Positions 9,434 through 17,468 of a DNA stretch of 30,921 nt are shown here, one piece after another. The notes beneath the pieces were generated by a model, which was not told the origin of the DNA, did not search any database, and saw only the letters and a list, made by a program, of their open reading frames with translations. Location of the stretch: positions 1-30,921 of IMG/VR virus record IMGVR_UViG_3300045988_097310; one strand, 5' to 3'. The DNA is from a virus. Every line of letters starts with the position of its first letter. Within the stretch, counting starts at the first letter, position 1. The position numbers were made by a program, and so were the translations under genes.

Positions 9434-11155
9434 TTATTTATTAAATACAAATTTTTTATTAATAATTACATAACCTTCAGTTTGTTTACCATTTACTCTT
9501 TTCTGGCATTTTTTAACTTCATAATATTTATCAATTTCTGTTGCTTTTGGAGTAATAGTAATATCACTAATTTCATAAGCTTCTTTAACAAACTTTTTAA
9601 TATCAGCGTTAGAATACCACATTCCAAGAGTAATTGATTGATTTAACTTCTTAGCTGCTTTATTATCTGCACTTTTATTTGATTTCTTTAATAGAGCATC
9701 TTTAATATCCGAAATGCAATATTTCAAGCTTGCCATCTTTTCGAATCCTAATTTACTAATAGCTTCTGGTAACCAAGGATATTTAATAATAGCATCATTT
9801 AAGAGTGGAGTATTCAGTTTAAATTTATTTTCCCATTCTGTTCTAACTTCTTTAATTAGTTCTTTAAATGGTTTATTATCAGATTCAAAATCAATCTTAA
9901 TAGAGTTGTCTTCACATTCTATTACTTTTTTAAATCCATTCTTTATATATTCTTTATTAAGATTCGTTCTAATAGAATATAAACCTCTTGTCACTTTAAA
10001 GTTAAAAATATCTACCTTAGCCATATTTGGATCAAATGTAAATGTAAAATCATCATTTACTTGGATATAAGTATCAGATGTAAATTCTTTAAGTTTCTTT
10101 CTTGCAACTTCAGGCATTGCATTGTAAGCATCTACAGCAATCTTAGTTTCCTCAATATTCTGGATATTCTTCTTTTTAAAGTCTTCATAACTAATATCTG
10201 CATATCTTGTTGCTGAGTAAAGATGAGTTATCCAGTTTAAATATTTACTATTTCTAATTCTGCCAGCAATCTGTTGGATTGAAGTTGAGATGTCAAGAAG
10301 AGTTTGTGCTTTTTGAGCATCACTTACTACTACAATTCTTCCATTTTCATCATAAATATCAGAACCTTCAAATACTGTAGAAGTTAATAAATTTATTTTC
10401 TTAGGTTCATCTAATACTGTAGAATTATGAATTGATAATTTGGTTTTATTGTTTTTGGAATATATAACTCTGGTATTCTCTTCTGTAAGTTTAGCTTTCT
10501 GAATAAGATTCTTTATAAAGTCCACAGAATTTACAAATATATAAACATTACCTTCAACTTGATTATTAAGAACAGCATTAATTAATTTAATAGTTGAAGC
10601 TTCAACATTCTTACATTTAACGGCTTGTACCTTAGTTTCAATAACATCATCCCATTCTTGTTTTACTAATTCTAAATCTTTTAATTCATCTAATACGAAT
10701 TCTTCTTCAAGAGGAGTTGCAGTCATAAATGTAAAATCTTTAAATAATTTATAGTTCTCTAAAACAGGTTTAATAGCATCCTTTCTAAAGCTATACTGAT
10801 TAAATAGTATATGATATTCATCTACTAATAAACTGTATTCTTTAGTATTAACTGCAGAAATAACCTTCGGAAGTGAGTTATATGTAACAATAATTTTAGG
10901 ACATTTAACACTATCTACGTAATCTTTAATCTCTTTAATAGTAACTCCAGCATAAACTCCAAATATCTTCTCAGTACGTCTTTCATTTGGATATTGTTGA
11001 AGTTTATTCTCAACTAAGCTAGTAAATGGAACACAAATAACATAAGGCTTATTACATTCAATTGCCATTGAAGTTCCTCCACATCCAACTTTTCCTTTAT
11101 CAAATAAGCAGTTAGTTGGCAACTCATTAATCAAATTGTTTAAATATGTTTTCAT
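9434..11155 (-). CDS. SF2 (DExH-type) helicase-like replication protein, 573 aa, no TGA codon
   Basis: Intact ORF under either code. It has a P-loop-like KGKVGCGGTS, VDEYH (motif II) and MTATP (motif III). All five Trp are TGG. Confidence 0.75.
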   Translation of the reverse strand: MKTYLNNLINELPTNCLFDKGKVGCGGTSMAIECNKPYVICVPFTSLVENKLQQYPNERRTEKIFGVYAGVTIKEIKDYVDSVKCPKIIVTYNSLPKVISAVNTKEYSLLVDEYHILFNQYSFRKDAIKPVLENYKLFKDFTFMTATPLEEEFVLDELKDLELVKQEWDDVIETKVQAVKCKNVEASTIKLINAVLNNQVEGNVYIFVNSVDFIKNLIQKAKLTEENTRVIYSKNNKTKLSIHNSTVLDEPKKINLLTSTVFEGSDIYDENGRIVVVSDAQKAQTLLDISTSIQQIAGRIRNSKYLNWITHLYSATRYADISYEDFKKKNIQNIEETKIAVDAYNAMPEVARKKLKEFTSDTYIQVNDDFTFTFDPNMAKVDIFNFKVTRGLYSIRTNLNKEYIKNGFKKVIECEDNSIKIDFESDNKPFKELIKEVRTEWENKFKLNTPLLNDAIIKYPWLPEAISKLGFEKMASLKYCISDIKDALLKKSNKSADNKAAKKLNQSITLGMWYSNADIKKFVKEAYEISDITITPKATEIDKYYEVKKCQKRVNGKQTEGYVIINKKFVFNK

Positions 11156-11185
11156 AATTTTAATAATTTAAATAGTTAAAGTTTT

Positions 11186-11235
11186 TGTCAATATTTTTAT
11201 TTTCTTACTACTAAAAGTGAGTAAAAAACTTGACA
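11186..11235 (+). repeat. Copy 2 of the 50-nt palindromic element (17-mer at 11219-11235)
   Basis: Same length, half-sites and 17-mer as copy 1. It keeps plus-strand orientation although the flanking genes are on the minus strand. Confidence 0.85.
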
Positions 11236-11251
11236 GTAAGATTCAAAAAGT

Positions 11252-11270
11252 GGCAGGACTTTCACCTGCC
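11252..11270. other. Hairpin after repeat copy 2 (GGCAGG / loop actttca / CCTGCC)
   Basis: Perfect 6-bp GC-rich stem. Its sequence is unrelated to the hairpins after copies 1 and 3, but its position is equivalent. Confidence 0.5.
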
Positions 11271-11298
11271 TAGAATTATTAGTTTTAGTTTCATACTG

Positions 11299-11330
11299 CA
11301 AATATAATACATAAAAATTAAATTTCCAAA
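11299..11330 (-). promoter_or_regulatory. Bacteroidota-type promoter (-33 TTTG, 20-nt spacer, -7 TAtaTTTG) facing the helicase operon
   Basis: Plus strand shows CAAATATA at 11299-11306 and CAAA at 11327-11330. These are the reverse complements of TATATTTG and TTTG, with a 20-nt spacer. Confidence 0.6.
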
Positions 11331-11378
11331 TAATTCGGGTATTATTTTTAATAAAAAATTATTTTTTTCTTTACACTA

Positions 11379-11409
11379 CAAATATAATAATAAATTTTTA
11401 TTCTGCAAA
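11379..11409 (-). promoter_or_regulatory. Second Bacteroidota-type promoter (-33 TTTG, 19-nt spacer, -7 TAtaTTTG)
   Basis: CAAATATA at 11379-11386 and CAAA at 11406-11409 on the plus strand. The core and flanks (ACTrCAAATATAATA) are near-duplicates of the 11299 site. Confidence 0.55.
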
Positions 11410-11883
11410 ACTTTTCTTGATTTTTCTTACCCAAAGTTTTGTTAATTTTTTGCCATTCTCTTTTTCGTATCTTTGATTAGCATATTTTATTCAGTCTCAA
11501 TTTAGTGCATTTAATTGAATTGCAGCTCTATTTAATGATACTCCAGATAAGCACAATTCTACTAATTTATCTATATTCTCATTATATCATTCTTTTTTGC
11601 TTTGTTTATTTATTTTTATATTATTTGCACTCTTAAAATCTGCTAATAGCTCTACAATTAATTCATCTGGAAGTTTTAACCATTCTGAATTACTCTTAGT
11701 TTTATATGCTCTATATTTATCTCTATAATAATTTTCATCATCTCTATTTCCTTCTTTTGCTATAAAAAATTCTATCATCTCATTTGGAATAGTATTTTTA
11801 TAAGCAGTTAGTCTGCCACTTATATTAGTAGTGTAACCAACTTTAATAAAATTCGTTTTAGTTAATTTAATTACGTAAATCAT
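11398..11883 (-). CDS. T5orf172 / GIY-YIG-superfamily protein with a C-terminal helix-rich extension (161 aa)
   Basis: IYVIKLTKTNFIKVGYTTNISGRLTAY...EW matches the T5orf172 pattern. Track ORF 11587-11883 ends at a TGA. Reading through three TGAs (E-W-YNEN, LN-W-D-W-IKY) reaches TAA at 11400-11398. Confidence 0.65.
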
Positions 11884-11959
11884 ATTGTTTTTATTAATAT
11901 ATAATAAAAATACAAATAGTAATATTTTTTTGAAAATAATAAAAATAATACCTAAAAAA

Positions 11960-11991
11960 TTTGGAAATTGAATAAAAATGTATTATCTTTG
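11960..11991 (+). promoter_or_regulatory. Bacteroidota-type promoter (TTTG, 20-nt spacer, TAtcTTTG) for the plus-strand early block
   Basis: TTTG at 11960-11963 and TATCTTTG at 11984-11991, 44 nt upstream of ATG 12036. Divergent from the minus-strand block. Confidence 0.6.
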
Positions 11992-12035
11992 TAGTACAAT
12001 AATAAACAAGTATTAACATATTAAATAATAAAATT

Positions 12036-12275
12036 ATGAAAAAAATAAATAAAATTTTAGTTGGTCTTTTAATTGCATCTTCAATTGTTGCAGGTTTTAG
12101 AGTAAATGAAGTCTATCAGGAAAGACAACATAAAACATTTGAATTAAGATTAGAAAGAGCAGAATTAAAACATAAATTAGATTCAGTAATGTGGGTTAAT
12201 CCAGCAAGTGAAGAAGTATCTAATTTATATGAAGAATATTGTGATTTAACACTTAAAATTAATAATATAAAATAA
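12036..12275 (+). CDS. Small N-terminally membrane-anchored protein (79 aa)
   Basis: Intact ORF with a hydrophobic N-terminus (ILVGLLIASSIVAGF). First gene after the promoter. Confidence 0.5.
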   Translation: MKKINKILVGLLIASSIVAGFRVNEVYQERQHKTFELRLERAELKHKLDSVMWVNPASEEVSNLYEEYCDLTLKINNIK

Positions 12276-12712
12276 TGAAAACAGATATAAGAAGTTTAGT
12301 CTTTACAAAGAATCTATTTAAAGAGAAATTTAATATAGATATAGAATGATGTAAAGACGATTATTCCAGGTATGATGGAACATTTAATTGGAATGGAATT
12401 GATTATATAATTGAAGTTAAAAGAAGAAGATTCAATTCTAATAAATATCCAACCACTATTATTAATAGGGATAAATTTGATATGCTATCAAGAAATAATT
12501 CTATATTAGTAATAATATTTGATGATGGAGTATATATATTTAAAGATATAAAACAAGCCTTTATAAAGGATTCTATGAAATATGGTTGTTCTACAACAGA
12601 TTTTGGAGGAACTTATGGCTATTCATTAAAAACAGAGTTGTCTTTAAAGAAAGCCATTAAGATAGATGTAAATACAGAATTTAGTAATTATATAGCAAAT
12701 GATAGCCTATAA
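12275..12712 (+). CDS. Putative PD-(D/E)xK-fold nuclease (145 aa)
   Basis: ATG 12275 overlaps the upstream TAA and is in frame with track ORF 12482-12712 through one TGA (DIE-W-CKDD). A D...IDYIIEVKRR arrangement resembles a D-(D/E)xK nuclease core. The call rests on that motif only. Confidence 0.45.
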
Positions 12713-13193
12713 AAGAATACTTAATTTTGAAAACTACCAAATTGGAACTGATGGCTCAATATGAAGTTTAAGAGCATCAGTTCCAAAGAGGTTAAAACCT
12801 CAAGTAAAAACTAATGGTTACTTTACAGTAACATTATATAATAAAAATTTGAAAAAGAAGTGTTATATACATAGATTAGTAGCTGAAACTTTTATATCTA
12901 ATCCGAATAACTATCCTTGTATAAATCATAAGGATGAAAATAAATCAAATAATAATGTAAGTAATTTAGAACGGTGTACTTATAATTATAATAATAATTA
13001 TGGAACTCATAATCTGCGAGCTGGATATAGTCATAAGAAACCAATACTGCAATTACTAAATGGAATAGTTATTAAAAGATGGGATTCAGCAATAGATGCT
13101 GAGAGAGAACTAAATATACAATCTAGAAATATTGTAAAGGTTCTTAAAGGGCAGCGAAAAACAGCAGGAGGATATATGTGAACATATGAGTAA
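12699..13193 (+). CDS. HNH homing endonuclease (NUMOD4 + HNH_3 type), copy 1
   Basis: Motifs: FENYQIGTDGSI-W-SL, IHRLVAETF, INHKDENKSNNNVSNLE and the ending AGGYM-W-TYE. TGAs lie at 12762 and 13179. The stop is TAA at 13191-13193. Confidence 0.8.
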
Positions 13194-13494
13194 TAACGAA
13201 ATTGTAGAAAAGTACTATCCATTTATTATGGAACTTAAGCAAAAATTTGGTGCAGATGATGACTGTGTTCAAATGATTTTTGTAGAAATACTAGAGTATT
13301 CAAATCCAAAATTAAATCAGCTTGATAGCAAAAATGAATTGAAATTTTGGATTACAAGATTATTTAAGAATTATTGGTTTAGTAAAACAAGTAGATATTA
13401 CTATACCTATAAGAAATATTATGAGATTGTTAAAGAACCACTTGAACAACAAAATGACGAATTGGAGGATTGATTAAATGAAACGGAAGATTAA
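13186..13494 (+). CDS. Sigma-70 region-2-like protein (ECF-like sigma2 domain only)
   Basis: DDDCVQMIFVEILEY and ELKFWITRLFKNYWFSKTSR resemble sigma regions 2.1-2.4. One TGA (13471) precedes the TAA at 13492-13494. Confidence 0.5.
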
Positions 13495-13732
13495 TATTGA
13501 CGATTTACTTACTGAGTATGAAATAGACTATAGTATGTTTACAAATATGGATGATAGACTATTAAGTATATATCCAAAATGACTTGAGCTTAATAAGGCA
13601 GATAAGACAGTAATCATATTATATGCTGAATATCACAGTTATAGAGAAGTGGGAAAAATATTGGGAATTAGTCATACTACCATAGCAAGGTGTATAAGTA
13701 ATATTAGAAATAAAATATGTGGAAGGATATAG
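13478..13732 (+). CDS. Sigma-70 region-4-like HTH protein (sigma4 domain only)
   Basis: LNKADKTVIILYAEYHSYREVGKILGISHTTIARCISNIRNKI matches the region 4.2 helix-turn-helix pattern. The frame differs from 13186-13494 and the two ORFs overlap by 17 nt. Confidence 0.6.
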
Positions 13733-14202
13733 CTAATTATGAAGGTCTTTATAAAGTAAATAGTATCGGAGAAGTTTATAGTATAAGGACAAATAAATTT
13801 ATTAACCCCACTATTAGAAATAACTACTTAGCAGTAGGACTATGAAAAAATGGAAAGGTTAAAATGAAGTCTATACATAGATTAGTAGCTGAAACATTTA
13901 TACCAAATATATATAATTTACCAGAAGTAAATCATATTAATGAAGATAAGACTGACAATAGAGTTGAAAATTTAGAATGATGTACTAGGAAATATAATAC
14001 AAATTATGGAACTAGAAATAAAAAGATTTCTTCTTACCTTTCAAAACCTGTAGCTCAATATGATCTTAATGGAAATTTAATTAAAAAGTATAATTCTATT
14101 AAAGAAGCGGCAGAAGCTTTAGGTAAGTGTGATTATTCAATTCGAGCTTGTTTATATGGCAAATATAAAACAGGCTATAATTATGTATGAAGATTATGTT
14201 AG
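13717..14202 (+). CDS. HNH homing endonuclease (NUMOD4 + HNH_3 type), copy 2
   Basis: Motifs: MWKDIANYEGLYKVNSIGEVYS, IHRLVAETF, VNHINEDKTDNRVENLE-W-CT (TGA 13978-13980) and the ending YNYV-W-RLC. The stop is TAG at 14200-14202. Confidence 0.85.
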
Positions 14203-14525
14203 AATTATTTATAATAGCAGTAATAATAGTCTTTATAATTGATTTATCTGGGGCTTTGGATAGTTTTAAACATAGTATTTGAAAAAGACTATTTAAAGGT
14301 ATGCCTTATAAAGAAGATTGAAGACTAAAACCTTTAGATTGCAGTTTATGTATGACTTGGTGAATTGGATTAATATATATTCTTATTACAAGTCAATTTT
14401 CAATTTTAATGGTTGGATATATTGCACTATTAGCATTTATAACTCCAATTATTAAAGATATTATGATATTATTAAAAGATGCATCTACTAAGCTGATAGA
14501 TGTTATATACAAACTTATTGATTAA
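14187..14525 (+). CDS. Multi-pass membrane protein (112 aa) with a CxxC motif
   Basis: Hand-translated as MKIMLELFIIAVIIVFIIDL...KPLDCSLCMTW-W-IGLIYILI... It contains three in-frame TGAs, which is why the ORF track misses it. Confidence 0.5.
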
Positions 14526-14614
14526 AAATTATATTTTATGGAAACAGAAGTTATTTATCACTACAAGAATGGAAAGTTAATTTCTATATTTACTTATACT
14601 AAAAAGTGCTAATT

Positions 14615-14950
14615 ATGAAACAATTAACAGAAGAGCAGTTTAAATATTTAAGAGGATTTGAAGATAGATTTGTAACTGCAACTAAGTCTAATTATTGCAG
14701 AAATGTACAAAAGCAGGATGTAATTAAGCTTAAAGAGATTTATGAATGTTTAATTGAACAAGAATATAGAATGAGCGTAGCTTGTGCTACTTGTATACTT
14801 AATCTTATAAAGAGGATTGCCCCAATCTATTTTGAATATCAAGAAAAACTAAAGGAAAATGAAAGTAAAGAATCAGGAACTGCCGAAGAAAATAGGGAGA
14901 CCGAAAAAGGAAGAAGTAAAAGAGGATCAAATAGACGAACAAAAAACTAA
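14615..14950 (+). CDS. Hypothetical protein upstream of the terminase genes
   Basis: ATG 14615 is in frame with track ORF 14606-14950. The C-terminal 30 codons overlap the next gene. Confidence 0.45.
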   Translation: MKQLTEEQFKYLRGFEDRFVTATKSNYCRNVQKQDVIKLKEIYECLIEQEYRMSVACATCILNLIKRIAPIYFEYQEKLKENESKESGTAEENRETEKGRSKRGSNRRTKN

Positions 14951-15311
14951 ATATCTTTATGCAGCAAGATTATTTAATAAAGGGTGGTCCAGAAATAAAG
15001 TAAGTGAGGAACTTCAAACTAAATATGGAGTTGGGCAAACTACTGCTGCTAAATATATTAGAGAAGCTTATAAGATTATTGCAGATAAAAATGATAATCT
15101 TATAAAGAATTTAAGACATATACAATTAACAAGATTGGAAACATTGTTGGATATTGCTATTAGTAAAAATGATGTAAGATCTGCTACTGAGGTTATTAAA
15201 ACAATAAATTCTATGTTTGGATTAAATCAACCAGAAATTCAAGTTAATATTCAAAATAATGAATGCCAATTTAAATTTGGAGATCCTATTATAAATGACA
15301 AGGATATATAA
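14859..15311 (+). CDS. Terminase small subunit candidate
   Basis: Lies immediately upstream of, and overlapping, the large terminase. Basic N-terminus (GRPKKEE) followed by an HTH-like segment (GWSRNKVSEELQTKYGVGQTTAAKYIREA). Confidence 0.5.
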   Translation: MKVKNQELPKKIGRPKKEEVKEDQIDEQKTKYLYAARLFNKGWSRNKVSEELQTKYGVGQTTAAKYIREAYKIIADKNDNLIKNLRHIQLTRLETLLDIAISKNDVRSATEVIKTINSMFGLNQPEIQVNIQNNECQFKFGDPIINDKDI

Positions 15312-16542
15312 AGGATATAGGCCATTTATGTACCAATATAAGGTTCATATAGCTATGGCAGATGCTTATAGATCTGGAAGGATATTTACAATTAAAGCTA
15401 AACGACAAGTAGGTAAATCTTTCTTAGCTGAAAATGAATTATTACGATTTGCAATTAACTATCCAAAAACAGTCAATTGTATAGTAGAACCTACTCTTGG
15501 ACAATCAAGAAAAGTGTTTAAAGAAATAGTTAATGCTATAGCTGAAGCAGATATTCTTAAACGTAAGAATGAAACTTTGCTTGAATTAGAGTTTAATAAT
15601 GGCAGTTCTATATTATTTAGATCTGGAGAACAAATGGATTCGTTACGAGGATTCTCTGTAAGTGGATTACTTGTATTAGATGAGGCTGCTTACTTAAAAG
15701 ATGAAGTATTTGAAATTATTAAACCTACTACTGATGTGTGGTCTGCTCCAATATTAATTATTAGTACTCCAAGGTTTCGAGAGGGTTTCTTTTATGACTG
15801 CTTTACTAAAGGGTTAGATCCAAAATACGACAAGTTCTATAAATCATTTGATTGAGCTTTAGAAGATACATCTATGCTTTTAGATAAAGAGAAGTTAGAG
15901 ATGTATCGACTTACAACCTCAAAAAATAAATTTAGAACCGAATATTTAGGGGAATTTGCAGATGATGATGGATGTTTATTTAATAATATAGCTAATTGCA
16001 TAATTGAGAAAAAACCAGATTATCAGAGTCTTTATATAGGAATAGACTGGGCTACTGGAAGTGGTAAAGACTATACTTGTGTTACTGCTTTAAATGAATC
16101 TGGGCAAATGGTCTTTATAAAGTATTTTAACGATAAAACTCCAACAGAGCAAGTTGATTTATTAACAAATATACTAACTGAGTATCAAGGATTTATAAAG
16201 ATTGTACAAGTTGAACAAAACTCAATTGGTAGTGTCTTCTATGATATGTTAGTTCGGAAGAATCCGAAAATCAGGATTATACGATTCTTAACTACTAATA
16301 AGAGTAAGGCAGATATAGTTAATAAGCTTCAAGCTGCTTTGGAGAATGAAAAGATAGAATTATTAAAAGATGATAAACTTTTAAATGAGTTAAGACTATA
16401 TGAGGCTTCATATAATCCAAAAACTGGAAATGTTAGTTATAATGCTCCATCTGGATTTAATGATGATACAGTAATTTCATTAATGCTAGCCTATGACTCA
16501 TTAAATACAAACAAAGGACATTATAATATTAAAATTAAATAG
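15295..16542 (+). CDS. terL: Terminase large subunit (415 aa)
   Basis: Walker A-like KAKRQVGKS and Walker B LLVLDEAAY, with a nuclease half carrying IGIDWA...D and FNDD. Track ORFs 15295-15855 and 15874-16542 share one frame and are joined through TGA 15853-15855 (KSFD-W-ALED). Confidence 0.85.
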
Positions 16543-16543
16543 T

Positions 16544-17203
16544 ATGAATGTAGCAACTAAATGGGAAGAAGTATCTTTAAAGAAATTCCAAGCTTTAAAT
16601 ACATTTATTATGAGTGATGTAAAAATGACAGATTTAGATAGGAGTATCGAGATCTACTCATTACTTACAGATAACCCAGATGAAGCAAGGGATGCTTTAT
16701 TAAATATGACCGTAGATCAATTATCTGCAGAACTTAGTAAGATTCATTTTATTGTAAATAAATATAAATCCAAAGTTCCAGAAACTGAGTATGATATTGA
16801 TGGTAATAAATATACAGTTCAATTAAATCTCAGAAATATGACTGCTGCTCAGTATATTGATTTTCAGAACTTTTATAAAGATTATGAAAAGAATCAGAAG
16901 TATATATTCTTATGCTTTTTAATTCCTAAAGGAAAGAAGTATAATGAGGGTTATGATGTAATGGAACTAGCAGAAGATTTATATGATAAGATTCCAATTA
17001 CTATTGTTACTGATGTAATGGTTTTTTTTTGCAAATTATTAGAGAGCTTAACCATAGCTACCCTAATCTCTTCAATGCGGGAGATGAAGAAATTGATGAA
17101 AAAGGAGAAAGATCCAGTAAAGAAACATCAATTACGGAAGAGGATAGTTCAAGCGAGACAAACTCTGAATTTAGTCAAAAATGGAACTGGATTTGTTGAA
17201 TAG
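16544..17203 (+). CDS. Hypothetical protein, zero-frame product (219 aa); chaperone-like gene with an internal slippery run
   Basis: Intact ORF ending at TAG 17201-17203. It contains the T9 run at 17022-17030. Confidence 0.6.
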   Translation: MNVATKWEEVSLKKFQALNTFIMSDVKMTDLDRSIEIYSLLTDNPDEARDALLNMTVDQLSAELSKIHFIVNKYKSKVPETEYDIDGNKYTVQLNLRNMTAAQYIDFQNFYKDYEKNQKYIFLCFLIPKGKKYNEGYDVMELAEDLYDKIPITIVTDVMVFFCKLLESLTIATLISSMREMKKLMKKEKDPVKKHQLRKRIVQARQTLNLVKNGTGFVE

Positions 17204-17346
17204 ACAGAGTTAGTGAAGTAACAAGGTTAAACTGGCATCAAGTATATGATATGCAGATTCAAGAGTTTTTGAATATTATTTGCTACTTACTTGATAAAGG
17301 GAAAGAAGAAAAAAGACAAATAGATCTTTGAAAAGCTAAACACTAA
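17023..17346 (+). CDS. -1 frame extension reachable from the U_UUU_UUU site (predicted fusion product about 267 aa)
   Basis: The -1 frame has no TAA or TAG from 16990 to TAA 17344-17346, about 118 codons in an AT-rich genome. It reads plausibly: ...FFLQIIRELNHSYPNLFNAGDEEIDEKGEK...RLNWHQVYDMQIQEFLNIICYLLDKGKEEKRQIDL-W-KAKH. Confidence 0.45.
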
Positions 17347-17348
17347 AA

Positions 17349-17398
17349 TGTCAGTTTTTATTTATTTTAACTACTAAAAGTGAGTAAAAAACTTGACA
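17349..17398 (+). repeat. Copy 3 of the 50-nt palindromic element (17-mer at 17382-17398)
   Basis: Identical 17-mer and the same TGTCA-N40-TGACA geometry. It starts 3 nt after the -1 frame stop. Confidence 0.85.
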
Positions 17399-17401
17399 CT
17401 T

Positions 17402-17426
17402 AAATAGGGAGTAAATCTCCCTATTT
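17402..17426 (+). terminator. Hairpin after repeat copy 3 (AAATAGGGAG / loop taaat / CTCCCTATTT), followed by GTGTTT
   Basis: Perfect 10-bp stem read directly in the sequence. The next start codon is 43 nt downstream. Confidence 0.5.
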
Positions 17427-17468
17427 GTGTTTAGATACTCAATATGAGAATGATATATTTTAGTAAAA

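Noticed and set aside
9740-9748. TTCGAATCC is a tRNA T-loop-like motif, which could mark a suppressor tRNA.
   Set aside because: The flanks (ATCTT and TAATT) are not complementary, so no T-stem or cloverleaf can be drawn. The motif also lies inside the helicase coding region.
9383-10070. Plus-strand track ORFs 9383-9637 and 9714-10070. Similar cases are 698-886(-), 1869-2165(-), 4290-4682(-), 4949-5273(-), 7178-7372(-), 13031-13222(-), 20094-20282(-), 23053-23271(-), 25471-25719(-), 25764-25949(+), 27018-27218(-), 27322-27612(-), 27938-28129(+) and 28300-28485(-).
   Set aside because: These are antisense or off-frame shadows of much longer, motif-supported genes. Their composition is low-complexity and rich in Ile, Phe, Asn and Leu, as expected for non-coding frames in AT-rich DNA.
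14538-14612. A 24-codon mini-ORF (METEVIYHYKNGKLISIFTYTKKC) lies between the membrane-protein gene and 14615.
   Set aside because: It is too short and featureless to support as a gene from sequence alone. It may simply be a spacer or leader.
16253-16272. A TTCGGAAGAATCCGAA palindrome lies inside terL and could be a regulatory hairpin.
   Set aside because: It is a single short palindrome within a well-supported coding region, with no repeat elsewhere. It is most likely coincidental.
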